The translations under genes and the position numbers were made by a program. From Anaerolineales bacterium (GTDB lineage Bacteria; Chloroflexota; Anaerolineae; Anaerolineales; E44-bin32): 38,757 bases of DNA. This document shows, piece by piece, positions 1 through 9,215 of the stretch. The stretch is from contig DATEAV010000111.1 in the NCBI GenBank assembly GCA_035288185.1, forward strand, positions 1 to 38,757, given 5' to 3'. Position 1 is the stretch's first letter. Each line of letters begins with the position of its first letter. The notes beneath the pieces were generated by a model. The model was not told where the DNA came from. It searched no databases and saw nothing but the letters and a program-made list of their open reading frames with translations.

Positions 1-1453
1 GGTCGACGCCCAGGCGCCCGACGATCGGCCAGCCGCTCCCGCCGGGGAGGCTCACCCGGCTCCAGGCGCGGACGACGTAGCTTGCGCCGGGCGTCGTCGA
101 GACCACCTGGTAGATCCCGGCGTGCTGATCGTCGCCGCTGGGCTGGGCACGCACGCGCTGGGCTCGACTGCCACCGTGGAACTGATCCGTCACGACCGCG
201 AAGGTTGGGCCGTAGCCGGCTGAGGTGAAGGCTGTCCAGCCGTCCCCCACCCCACCGGTCTGGGTTCCCGCCTCGAAGCCCCCGTTGATCAGGGCGCCGG
301 AGGGCGTGGGCGTGGTCGCCGGAGGGGGCGCGGTCGGCGTGGCCGTCGTCGCGCCTCGATTGGCCGGGTTTCGGAATTCCTCGCCCATGTCGGCGAGAGC
401 CGCGGGGATATTCCGCAGGGCAAACCTGGGCCAGCTCTGCGGCCGATCGACAAACCAGGCCAATGCTTGGACCGGAGGTAGGCTCCCACGAGTGGCGTTG
501 TAGTTGCGGATCTCTTCGTAGGCCTGGTTGATCCAGTCCGCCATGTAGTTGCTCTGCGGCTCCGACCCCGGATCGCCCGTGTAGGTGTTGAACTCCGTGA
601 TGTAGACCGCCTTGCCGGACCATCGCGAGGGGATGTTGCGAATCACATCCCGGTAGTATCGAAAGGCGCCATCGAACGACCAGCCGCCGTAGCTGCAAGG
701 CTGACGCGGATCCCGGCAAGCGGGCCGAATGCCTCCCGTATGGATGGCGAAGCCATCGACTCCGCTGAGGGCGGAGGCCATTTCATTCATCCAGGAGGGG
801 GGCGTGAAGGGGGAGTTGAAGGTCGCCAGGAGTTCTGCGCCCGCGGGCATCTCGCTCCGCCGGGAGTAGAGGTAGTTGAATGCGGCGGCGTACTGCGTTG
901 CGCTGATGTTGCCCTCGATATTGGGCTCGTTTCCCACAATGTACGTGAGGGAGAGGTCACCCAGTTCCGTGGTGCAGCGGATGAAGCTGGCTGCCCACGA
1001 GGCGTAGGCGGCGGGATCAGTGGGGACGGCGACCATGTCCCGGTAATCCACGCGGATGATGTTGACGAGGCCGTCGTTTCGGGCGGTCTGCGCCACGCTA
1101 CGCACGCCTCCCGGATCAGTGGCGGGATCGCCATCGCACCATCCCACGTCGAAGATCACTTCGACGTTCCAGCCGCGTTCCCCTGCCGGGATCGAGGGAT
1201 CGAGCATCCCGGAGTCCCCGCTGTACCAGTGAACGCCGGCGAGGGAAACATTGGAGGCAGCGGCGTCCGCCGAGCGTCGTGCGCTGGCCAGAGAGGCGAG
1301 CAGGAGGATGCCAAGCATGGCCGGCGCCGCGGTGAGAAGCTTCGTGGCTCCGCTGCCGAGGCGGCGGCGCCGGCCCAAGGCTTTGGAGACCGGCCGGGCC
1401 GCATGCTGGCCAGGAAGGGCCCTTCCGCTATCCGTGAGGTTCAAAATGCTCAT
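1..1453 (-). CDS. Secreted glycoside hydrolase, clan GH-A (GH5-like) catalytic domain + Pro/Thr linker + CBM-like C-terminal module. Partial: the 3' end runs off the window.
   Basis: Absent from the ORF track because it has no stop in the window. My reverse-strand translation from the ATG (complement of 1451-1453) stays open to position 1: MSILNLTDSGRALPGQ...GRRRRLGSGATKLLTAAPAMLGILLLASLASA (signal-like, possibly Tat-type). It continues with YIVGNEPNIEG (NEP acid/base motif), AVYITEFNTY (nucleophile motif), the linker TTATPTAPPPATTPTPS, then LINGGFEAGTQTGGVGDGW, typical of CBM4/9-like modules. Confidence 0.7.
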   Translation of the reverse strand, partial: MSILNLTDSGRALPGQHAARPVSKALGRRRRLGSGATKLLTAAPAMLGILLLASLASARRSADAAASNVSLAGVHWYSGDSGMLDPSIPAGERGWNVEVIFDVGWCDGDPATDPGGVRSVAQTARNDGLVNIIRVDYRDMVAVPTDPAAYASWAASFIRCTTELGDLSLTYIVGNEPNIEGNISATQYAAAFNYLYSRRSEMPAGAELLATFNSPFTPPSWMNEMASALSGVDGFAIHTGGIRPACRDPRQPCSYGGWSFDGAFRYYRDVIRNIPSRWSGKAVYITEFNTYTGDPGSEPQSNYMADWINQAYEEIRNYNATRGSLPPVQALAWFVDRPQSWPRFALRNIPAALADMGEEFRNPANRGATTATPTAPPPATTPTPSGALINGGFEAGTQTGGVGDGWTAFTSAGYGPTFAVVTDQFHGGSRAQRVRAQPSGDDQHAGIYQVVSTTPGASYVVRAWSRVSLPGGSGWPIVGRLGVD

Positions 1454-1568
1454 GACATTCCTCGGGGCAAGGGATGCTCGTCGGCCGGCCCCGCCGGGCG
1501 GCAAGGTGCGTGGGTCGCCCGTGGGGGGAGGGTCTCGGGTCCGACAAGAAGAACGCGATGCGCGGCCG

Positions 1569-2441
1569 TCAGGGTGTGACGGAGTACTCCTGCAACGCAT
1601 ATTCGGAGAGTGGCCCAATCGGAGGCTGGGCTTCTCTGGCGATGCCGCCGTTCCCCGGGCCGAGATGCCAGATCGTCGCGCCCAGCACTTCGGGATACTG
1701 GGCGTAGAACTCCGCGGCCGACGGAATTCGGTCCGCGGCCGGCTGAGCTTCGCAGTCGAAGGCGACCTCGACGGAGGGCACCGGCATCGGACCCCATCCG
1801 AACTCGGTGATGAGGACGGTGGGCCGGGGCACACCCCAGCTGTCGGTGGCGCCATAGAGCCTACGCAGGCGTCCGACCAGATCCGGATAGGCGCCGGGGG
1901 CTGGGGGGCGCGGCGGGCGCGCGCCGTGGTCGTTGTTGCTCGTGCGGCTGTCGCCGAGACCGTGTTCGTGCAGGGCGATCGCGATTCGTTCGGGATGGTT
2001 CGCCGCCAGCTCGAGGAACCGGCGCATCTGCGTACCCTGCCAGTCCAGCGATTGCGGCTCACCTGTCGACCAGGAGAAGGCGGCCCAGTTGAACCCATCC
2101 CGCATCGCCAGGTGGGCCGTATGATAAGCAAACTCCGCCCACCATTCGCTCTCTCGCCGGCCGGTCACGCTCCCTCGATTCACATCGTTGATCGTCTCGA
2201 TCCAGATGAAGCGCATGTACGTTGACCGAGGCAGGCGAAAGCCGTTGCTCAGCACGATCTCCGCCGGGAACATCCGCAGGAGCTCATGGCGGTGCCGGCG
2301 CCAATGCACCTCGGCCACCAACTGCGGGCTGCGCCGCGGGCTGGCGTAGTATTCGGGCGGGACATCGTAGACATCGGCGCTCCGTCGAAAGACCATCACA
2401 TGTGGGCCCCTGCCCTGGAGCCGATCCATGAGCTCCTCCAC
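1569..2441 (-). CDS. Cytoplasmic TIM-barrel glycosidase-like protein (family unclear)
   Basis: 290-aa ORF with protein-like composition. Motifs IALHEHGLG and PTVLITEFGWGP resemble the beta4 acid/base and beta7 nucleophile strands of clan GH-A enzymes. No signal peptide. The first in-frame start is GTG at 2441; an alternative ATG (MDRLQG) lies at 2429. Confidence 0.55.
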   Translation of the reverse strand: MEELMDRLQGRGPHVMVFRRSADVYDVPPEYYASPRRSPQLVAEVHWRRHRHELLRMFPAEIVLSNGFRLPRSTYMRFIWIETINDVNRGSVTGRRESEWWAEFAYHTAHLAMRDGFNWAAFSWSTGEPQSLDWQGTQMRRFLELAANHPERIAIALHEHGLGDSRTSNNDHGARPPRPPAPGAYPDLVGRLRRLYGATDSWGVPRPTVLITEFGWGPMPVPSVEVAFDCEAQPAADRIPSAAEFYAQYPEVLGATIWHLGPGNGGIAREAQPPIGPLSEYALQEYSVTP

Positions 2442-2980
2442 TATAGCCCCCGTGTCAACGAAGCACTTGCGGAAGAACGGTAGGCCTGCAGCACTGCAGC
2501 CCGGACTCCGCGGCGGCGAGGCGCAGGCTCTGGGTGGCCATCAGGACTCGAGAGAAGCATCGGCCTCAGTGGCCGCCGAGATGCCAGCCGGGCAGGCCCA
2601 ACTCGCAGGCGGAGGCTGGGGCATTCGGGCCTGCACTTCGGGAGGCGGGCCCGCGAGAATGGATCGCGCCCATCATGCTCGAGGCTCATGTAGACCGTGG
2701 GGGGCCCCTTGTTGGCCCAGTACTTGGTGTGGGAGTGGCCGTCGCCAGGTGACGAAGGCCTGGGCCCTCGTGGACCCCACAACCATTGTAGCGTGGGGAT
2801 GGAGCAGCCTGGAACCCCTTTGACGTGGCTGGAATGGAATTCGAACGCTCTCGTCACGAGACTTCGACACTGCTGTGTATCGGGTTCGTGACGCGTTGGT
2901 TGCGGCCACGCCTCCGAACGCGCCCTCTGCCGGGGCGAGGGCGGGATGAGGCGGCTGGCTGGCGGCCCCATCTTCGGTGC

Positions 2981-3003
2981 GGTGCATGCAGAATGCATGC
3001 ACC
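2981..3003 (-). terminator. Perfect 10-bp hairpin (GGTGCATGCA gaa TGCATGCACC) about 50 nt downstream of the response-regulator stop; possible operon terminator
   Basis: Palindrome read directly from the sequence. There is no U-tract on the minus-strand transcript, so it is not a textbook intrinsic terminator. Confidence 0.3.
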
Positions 3004-3051
3004 GCTCAAGCATGTGCCTGGCCCCACCTTCTTATGGGGGATGGTCAGGGG

Positions 3052-4047
3052 TTAGAGATAGAGAGCCAGGTCGCCGCGATCCCAGCACGCGGCGAAAGCC
3101 TGCACCATTCGGGCATCAAACTGCTGGCCGGAGAGGGAAAGGATCTCTTCCCTGGCGTGCTCCGGCGAGTAGGCGGGATGGTAGGGCCGGTCGGAGGTCA
3201 TCGCGTCGAAGACGTCCACCACGGCCATCAGGCGCGCTTCTTCAGGGATCTCCTCCGCCTTCAGCCCGTGGGGATAACCAGAGCCATCCCAGCGCTCGTG
3301 ATGGTGGAGGACGATGGGGACCGCATGTGCTAGGTAGGGGATCCCCTGAACCATCCGAGCGCCCACCTCGGGATGCTGCCTCATTTCCTCCCACTCTTCG
3401 GGGGAGAGGGGCCCGGCCTTGGTGAGGGTGGCCTCACGGACAGCGATCTTGCCGATGTCGTGCAGGATGGCCCCGAACTCAAGGGCCTCCAGCTTCTGGC
3501 TCCCCCATCCCATCTCTCGCCCCATCGCCTGAGCGTAGGCGCTCACCCGCTCCACGTGGTCGCGGGTGAGGTGATCGCGGGCCTCGATCGCATTGGCCAG
3601 GACGCGGAGGCTGTCCTTGTAGGCCGTTCGCAGTTGGGCGACCATCATCTCGTCGGCGCGGCTCAGCCGGGCGCGAACGGCGGAGATGAGCTCCTGGCTT
3701 GTGATGGGCTTGGTGATGTAGTCGTCGGCTCCGAGGGACCTGCCGGCGAAGATGTCTTCGCGCGTGCCGCGGGCCGTGAGAAAGACAAAGGGGGTCATCG
3801 TGCCGCCGGGCAGCTTGCGGACCGATTCGAAGAGTCCAATTCCGTCCATCACCGGCATGGAGATATCCGAGAGCACGAGCGCCGGCCGCTCGGAGGCGAA
3901 GACCTCCAGGGCGGCCTCTCCGTTGTCGGCCGTGCAGACGCGGAAGCCTGCGCCCTCCAGGATGTCACGCAGGGCGATCAGCATCGCCGGGTCGTCCTCG
4001 ACGACGAGCAGAGTTCTCAGGCCGGGCTGCACCGGATCACTGCTCAT
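3052..4047 (-). CDS. Response regulator with receiver (REC) domain fused to an HD-GYP domain (RpfG-type c-di-GMP phosphodiesterase)
   Basis: REC: LLVVEDDP...LVLSDISMPVMDG...YITKP. HD-GYP: ILHDIGKI and HHHERWDGSGYPHGL. The track ORF (3052..4383) extends into the kinase gene. I chose the ATG at 4047 (MSSDPVQPG), which has an AAGAGG SD upstream and lies after the kinase stop at 4130. Confidence 0.9.
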   Translation of the reverse strand: MSSDPVQPGLRTLLVVEDDPAMLIALRDILEGAGFRVCTADNGEAALEVFASERPALVLSDISMPVMDGIGLFESVRKLPGGTMTPFVFLTARGTREDIFAGRSLGADDYITKPITSQELISAVRARLSRADEMMVAQLRTAYKDSLRVLANAIEARDHLTRDHVERVSAYAQAMGREMGWGSQKLEALEFGAILHDIGKIAVREATLTKAGPLSPEEWEEMRQHPEVGARMVQGIPYLAHAVPIVLHHHERWDGSGYPHGLKAEEIPEEARLMAVVDVFDAMTSDRPYHPAYSPEHAREEILSLSGQQFDARMVQAFAACWDRGDLALYL

Positions 4048-4129
4048 CGGAGCCGAGCCTCTTGATCCTCTCTCTTCGCATGTCGCAATTATCGTTCTCC
4101 CGGCAGGCTCCGGCAACCCCCCGGAGTCC

Positions 4130-7100
4130 CTAGGCTTCGGGCCCGGCCTCGCGCAGCCACACCGTGACCGTGGTCCCCTGCGCGCCCTCCGCCAAGAGCT
4201 GAATTCTTCCTTGATGGTGCTCGACGATCTCCTTGCAGATGGCGAGGCCGAGCCCGGTCCCGGGGATTCCGCTCGCGCGGCCGACGATTCCACGGAAGAA
4301 CCGCTCGAAGACGCGTGGGCGGTCGTCCTCCGCAATCCCGGGGCCGGTGTCGGCGATGGAGAAGACGACCCACTCCACTCCATCGGCGGACCGGCGGCCC
4401 GTCCGCAGGGTAATGACCCCGCCGGATGGCGAGTAGTTCGTGGCGTTGGTGAGGAGATTCGACATCACCTGCATGATCAGCTGCGAATCCGCGGGGATCT
4501 TCGGGAGGTCTTCCGCGAATTCCACGCGCAGAGTGAGCCCCCGGCTCTCAATCATCCGGGAGCGGTCCCCGATCAACACCCGGACAAGCGCGTTGAGATC
4601 GACGGGCGCGAGGTGCAGATCCACCTTCTCGCGGTCGTACTCGGAAATGGCCAGGAGCTGTTCGATGAGAACGACCAGGCGTTCGGTCTCGTGGCGCAGG
4701 ATCGCCATGTAGTCTGGGCGGCGGTCGTCTCTGCCCGTATCGAGTAAGTCCAGATAGAGGCCGATGTTGGTCATCGGCGTGCGCAGCTCGTGAGAGATCT
4801 CGGCGACGAACTGGGCTTTGCTTCGATCAGCCGCCCGCGCTTGCTCGAGCGCCTGCTCCAACTGCTGGGTGCGCTCCCGCACGCGCTCCCCGAGCAGGTC
4901 CACGTTTCGGCGCACCTGCTCGTAGAGCGCGGCGTTCTGAAGGGCGACCGAGACCTGGTCGGCCAAGACCATGAGGAGGTCGACATCCTCGGGTTGGATT
5001 TGGGAGGGGTCGGACGACTCGATGTTGATGACGGCGATCACGTTGTCTTGCACGCGCACGGGAACGGCGATCTTCGACCGGGTGCCGACCAGGCCGGCGA
5101 CGTAGTCGGGGTCTTCGCGGACGTCCGGAACCATGGCCGGTATGCCGGTCCGGGCGACGCGACCAATGATCCCCCGGCTGACCGGCATACGAGTTGCGAT
5201 GGGCTCGGGACCGCTAAAGGTCTGCAGGACGAAATCATCTCCCTCGCGGAAGTAGACCTGCACGGCAGGAAAGTGGAGGCTTTCGTGCAAGCGCTCGGTG
5301 ACGGTAGCCAGGACAGCCTCGGTCTCGAGGCGGCGCGCAATCGCGCTGGCGACACCCTGGATGAGGGTGAGCTCGGCGAGGCGCCGCTGGACGCTTGCGT
5401 GCTGTTCGGCGTTGAGCAGCGCCAGCCCCGCCTGCTGGCCGGTGGCCGCCAGCACGCCGAGCGGCGGGGGCTCGCCGTCGGCTGCGTGAGGCGACCAGAC
5501 TAAGGCTGCCCCCCATAGCCGCTCGCCCACGAACAGGGGCACTCCCGAAACCCAGGCTCGGCCCGATGACGTCTGGATCGCCTCCTGGTAGGGGGCCTGA
5601 AGCTGCGCGGCACGGGCCGCTATGATCTCGGGGGGGAGGACGGCTCCGGAGATCGCATCCGCCGAGCCGAAGCTCACCGTCGGACCGGGCGGGACCTCGA
5701 TGGCTTCCCCGCCGGGGATGGCATAGGCGGCGGCGAAGAATCCACCGTACGCCTCGAGAACACCTTCCAGCAGGCTGCGCAGGATTTCCTCCGGAAGGAG
5801 GGAGCCGGAGACACGCCGGCCGATCTCATAGACCCGGACGAGCTTGACGTGCTCGTCGGTGAGCCTCTGGTAGAGGCGGGCGTTGTTCATCGCCACCGCG
5901 GCGTGGGAGGCGAAGGCGGAGAGCCGATGGGCCGTCGCCTCGCCGAATGCGCCCGGCGTGGCGCTATCAAGGTTGAGGAAGCCCAAGATCTCATCGCCAA
6001 ATCGGATGGGCGCACCGGCCCAGGATCGGATCCACTCGTATCCGGGCAGGACCGACCAGGCGGGATCGGAATGAGTTTCCGGCATGCAGACGGCCTCGCC
6101 CGCCATCATCCGCCGATAATTGTCGTGCGCGCTCACATCGAGGGAGAAAGCCGTCAGCGCCTCGGACGTCAGCCCATATGGTTCATAGCCGCGGAAGCGG
6201 ACGGCTCCGGCTCGCCCATCTCGAACCACCTGAAATGAGGCCGCGTCGCAGGGAAAGGCTCGCAAGACCTGCTCGAGGATCGCATCAAGGACTTGCTCGA
6301 GCCCGACTGCACGGTTGATGGCCAGCGACGCTTCGTGTAGCGCATCGCTGATCCGCCGTTGTTCTCGTTCGGCGTCCAACAGCGCGGCGACGCCAAGCGC
6401 ATTGGCGGCCTGTCCGGCGATGAGGCGCGCCAGGCGAATATCCACTTCCCCGAAGGGCGTCCGGCCGTGCTCGGCCGCCAGAGCCAGAACCCCGATGAGG
6501 CTCCGGCGCCAGACGAGGGGCACGAAGAGCCAGCGTCGTCCACGCGGCTCGGCAGCCATCGCCTGTGGCAATGGGAACGGCATCGGCGGCGCCTCGTCCT
6601 CGGCGAGCCCCGGTTCCCTCGCCAGTGCGACCTGACCCAAGACCCCTTCCCCGTAGCGGACGACCCACCCGGCGGGTAGGTCCGGGAGTTGGTGGGAAGC
6701 GGCCAATCGTAGCAATCTGTGATCCTCGTCGGCCAGGAAGATCGCCCCGCCCTGCGCATTCAGGAGATGCGTTGCCTGCTGGATTGCTGCCGCCAGGAGA
6801 GGCTCTGTGTCGCGATCTTCGGCCGTAGCCTGGACCATCTCGTAGAAGGCGCCGAGCTCAACGGCCTGGAGAAGAGCGGCCTCGAAGAGGCGCGCGTTCT
6901 CCAAGAGAAGCGCGGCCAGGCTGGCGATGGCCGGCGCCCAGGCGATCGCCTGGGCGGACGCGGTTTGGTCCCCGGCATAAAAGAAAAGAAGGACGCCAAG
7001 GACATCGTCTCGGCGAATGAGCGGTATCAGGAGGCAGGCCTCGTCGGCCAGCCAAGCAGCCGGCTCATCTCCTGGCGGCGCCTGCGGCGTGCCTGCCTGG

Positions 7101-7420
7101 ATGTAGTTGGGGGAGGGGCAGGTCTTCGCCCAGCGAAGGAGGCTTGCAGCCGCCGAGGAAAGGCCCGTCCGGCGGTCGTCGCTGAGCGTGGGGGCGATGC
7201 ACTGGGGATGCGCACCGGTCTCGGGAGAGATGATGGCGGCGCCCGACTTCGCTCCGACGATCTCTCCCGCGTTTCGGAGGACGGTGGCTACTGCGAGGCG
7301 GAGGTCACGGGCCTGGTTGACTTCCCGAAGGAGCTGATCCAGCGCGCTGTGAAGCCCCGGCTCGAGAACCGGTCCGGGCCTGTCTGGACCTTCGGGAACG
7401 TGAGCACGCGCTTCGGCCAT
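4130..7420 (-). CDS. Cytoplasmic sensor histidine kinase with about 5 tandem GAF domains + HisKA + HATPase_c
   Basis: 1096-aa ORF. Repeated GAF-end helices are visible (ENARLFE, ANALGVAALL, MNNARLYQ, LLNAEQH, LQNAALYEQ). H-box FVAEISHELRTPMTNI, N-box MSNLLTNATNY, G-boxes DTGPGI and GTGLGLAICKEIV. No TM segment seen. Confidence 0.9.
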   Translation of the reverse strand: MAEARAHVPEGPDRPGPVLEPGLHSALDQLLREVNQARDLRLAVATVLRNAGEIVGAKSGAAIISPETGAHPQCIAPTLSDDRRTGLSSAAASLLRWAKTCPSPNYIQAGTPQAPPGDEPAAWLADEACLLIPLIRRDDVLGVLLFFYAGDQTASAQAIAWAPAIASLAALLLENARLFEAALLQAVELGAFYEMVQATAEDRDTEPLLAAAIQQATHLLNAQGGAIFLADEDHRLLRLAASHQLPDLPAGWVVRYGEGVLGQVALAREPGLAEDEAPPMPFPLPQAMAAEPRGRRWLFVPLVWRRSLIGVLALAAEHGRTPFGEVDIRLARLIAGQAANALGVAALLDAEREQRRISDALHEASLAINRAVGLEQVLDAILEQVLRAFPCDAASFQVVRDGRAGAVRFRGYEPYGLTSEALTAFSLDVSAHDNYRRMMAGEAVCMPETHSDPAWSVLPGYEWIRSWAGAPIRFGDEILGFLNLDSATPGAFGEATAHRLSAFASHAAVAMNNARLYQRLTDEHVKLVRVYEIGRRVSGSLLPEEILRSLLEGVLEAYGGFFAAAYAIPGGEAIEVPPGPTVSFGSADAISGAVLPPEIIAARAAQLQAPYQEAIQTSSGRAWVSGVPLFVGERLWGAALVWSPHAADGEPPPLGVLAATGQQAGLALLNAEQHASVQRRLAELTLIQGVASAIARRLETEAVLATVTERLHESLHFPAVQVYFREGDDFVLQTFSGPEPIATRMPVSRGIIGRVARTGIPAMVPDVREDPDYVAGLVGTRSKIAVPVRVQDNVIAVINIESSDPSQIQPEDVDLLMVLADQVSVALQNAALYEQVRRNVDLLGERVRERTQQLEQALEQARAADRSKAQFVAEISHELRTPMTNIGLYLDLLDTGRDDRRPDYMAILRHETERLVVLIEQLLAISEYDREKVDLHLAPVDLNALVRVLIGDRSRMIESRGLTLRVEFAEDLPKIPADSQLIMQVMSNLLTNATNYSPSGGVITLRTGRRSADGVEWVVFSIADTGPGIAEDDRPRVFERFFRGIVGRASGIPGTGLGLAICKEIVEHHQGRIQLLAEGAQGTTVTVWLREAGPEA

Positions 7421-7517
7421 GAGGAGACCTCAACCCCCTGCCGTCAGAAGGGGATCAGAAAGCTGCAGTGCATGGGAGGCGTCTGCCCCAAGGTCCCCCG
7501 CCCAACCGACAGGGGTG

Positions 7518-7952
7518 CTAACGGCTCGTCCAACGTTGCCAGGCACCCTTCCAGAGCGCGGTCTGCCCGCGCTTTCGCCCGGTGCGGAGTTGAGGAAGGT
7601 GGCCGTCGAGGGCCTTAGCCCTTCGCAAGCCCGCCTCAATGTCCTGCGCGGTGAGAGCCTCCGCCAGCTCCGCTGCAGCCGTCTCGAGCCATCGCCAATC
7701 GGCGCGAAAGCGATCGGCCTTCAACCAGTAGCCCCGCTTCTCCCAGGCCTCGATCGTCTGCTCCACAGATCGGCGCGCTTCGTCCAGGCAGAGGGCAAGG
7801 AAGGCCAGGCGGTCGGGCTGATCGTCGCTCTGCTCGATCCCTTCCAGCGCGAGCGAGGCGCCGTCGAGGAGCCTTTCGCGTGAGCGGGAGACCGATTCCG
7901 TTCGGATGACACGTGACACCGTCTCTTCTCCGAGAGCGACGCTGCCCCTCAT
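7518..7952 (-). CDS. Hypothetical helical protein, first gene of the kinase/regulator operon
   Basis: 144-aa ORF with protein-like composition (EAWEKRGYWLKADRFRADWRWLE). Same strand as the kinase and about 100 nt upstream of it. No recognisable motif. Confidence 0.5.
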   Translation of the reverse strand: MRGSVALGEETVSRVIRTESVSRSRERLLDGASLALEGIEQSDDQPDRLAFLALCLDEARRSVEQTIEAWEKRGYWLKADRFRADWRWLETAAAELAEALTAQDIEAGLRRAKALDGHLPQLRTGRKRGQTALWKGAWQRWTSR

Positions 7953-8008
7953 TATAGCCCTGGTTGAGCCAAGATGAGATGAGCCAGCGCGGCGCGGCGT
8001 GCTCCGTA

Positions 8009-8017
8009 TGCTACAAT
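8009..8017 (+). promoter_or_regulatory. Extended -10 box TGcTACAAT upstream of the S41 protease gene
   Basis: TGCTACAAT read at 8009-8017, 19 nt before the ATG at 8037, with a GGAG SD in between. No convincing -35 element. Confidence 0.35.
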
Positions 8018-8036
8018 CGCTGCTTCGGAGTGGAAT

Positions 8037-9215
8037 ATGGATTTCGCAACAAGGTCACGCGGCAGGTTTCTTGTTCTGCTCTCGGCCGTTGCCGTCGCGG
8101 CCCTTGGCTTTGTCGCGGGTTTCCTCTGGCGTGGGCAGGCTCCTTCGCGATACTCGCTGCTCGACGAAGCCTACACCCTCCTCACCGAGCACTATCTAGA
8201 TGCCCTGCCAGGCTCCACTGAGCTTCAGCGCAGCATGATCCGGGGCATGCTCCAGGAGGTAGGGGATCCGTTCACCGTATATGTCGAGCCGGCGGCGCAT
8301 GAACTGGAGAGCGACAATCTCGCCGGGGAGTACGGCGGCATTGGAGCGCTCCTCAGCCTCGACGCGGAGGGCCGCGTTCACTTGATCCCCTCGGCAGGCG
8401 GCCCGGCCGAGCGGGCCGGCGTGCGCGAGGGGGATGTCCTTTCCGCGATCGACGGCCGTCGTCTCGAGCCCGGGACTGGCCTGGAAGAGGTGAGCGCCGC
8501 ACTGCGGGGACCGGCGGGCACCGAGGTGACCCTCACCCTGGTCTCCGCCGAAACGGACGAGGCGCCGCGCGACGTGACGATGGTACGGGAGACGATCCCG
8601 TTGCCCTCGGTGACCGGCTACCTGCTGCCCGATGATCGGACGATCGGCGTCCTGGCGGTAACGTCTTTCAGTGAGCGCACGCCCGACGAACTGGCAGGAG
8701 CCTATGCCGATCTTCTCGCCCGGGGGGCGTCGAAGATCATCCTGGATCTTCGGGGCAACAGCGGCGGGCTTCTCGACTCGGGGCTCGCCGTCTCGCGCTA
8801 CTTTCTCGAATCCGGCGTTGTGCTGATGGAGCGCGGGCGCGGCGGAAGCGACGAGGTGTATCGGGCCGAGCGCGCCGGAGAGGCGGCTGACGTGCCCCTC
8901 GCCGTCCTGGTCGACGCCACAAGTGCCAGCGCCGCCGAGATTGTCGCTGCCGCCTTGCAGGCCAACGGCCGCGCACCGCTCATCGGAACGGTGACCTATG
9001 GAAAGGGCTCGGTGCAGCTGATTTTCGAGCTCTCGGACGGCTCGAGCCTGCATGTCACCACCGCCCGCTGGCTGACTCCTTCCGGTGAGCAGATCGACGG
9101 CGCCGGCCTCACGCCGGACATCCCCCTGGATACGGCCGCCGCGCCTGGGGGCAGCGATCCCTTCCTGCAGGCCGCGGCCGCCTGGCTGAATGGCTCGGGG
9201 AGCTCAGGCCCGTGA
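8037..9215 (+). CDS. ctpA: Carboxyl-terminal processing (tail-specific) protease, peptidase family S41, with PDZ domain and N-terminal membrane anchor
   Basis: LDLRGNSGGLLDSG (catalytic Ser motif), GTVTYGKGSVQ (Lys motif), PDZ-like GDVLSAIDG, and the N-terminal TM segment FLVLLSAVAVAALGFVAGFLW. Confidence 0.9.
   Translation: MDFATRSRGRFLVLLSAVAVAALGFVAGFLWRGQAPSRYSLLDEAYTLLTEHYLDALPGSTELQRSMIRGMLQEVGDPFTVYVEPAAHELESDNLAGEYGGIGALLSLDAEGRVHLIPSAGGPAERAGVREGDVLSAIDGRRLEPGTGLEEVSAALRGPAGTEVTLTLVSAETDEAPRDVTMVRETIPLPSVTGYLLPDDRTIGVLAVTSFSERTPDELAGAYADLLARGASKIILDLRGNSGGLLDSGLAVSRYFLESGVVLMERGRGGSDEVYRAERAGEAADVPLAVLVDATSASAAEIVAAALQANGRAPLIGTVTYGKGSVQLIFELSDGSSLHVTTARWLTPSGEQIDGAGLTPDIPLDTAAAPGGSDPFLQAAAAWLNGSGSSGP

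Noticed and set aside
740-2225. Plus-strand ORFs 740..1579 (279 aa) and 1251..2225 (324 aa)
   Set aside because: Both are antisense to the two glycosidase-like genes, which have catalytic motifs. Their products are Gly/Arg/Ala-rich without motifs.
4048-4383. Upstream extension of the response-regulator ORF (MEWSGSSSPSPTPAPG...)
   Set aside because: It overlaps the 3' end of the histidine kinase gene in another frame and is Ser/Pro/Arg-rich. The REC domain begins right after the ATG at 4047, which has an SD sequence.
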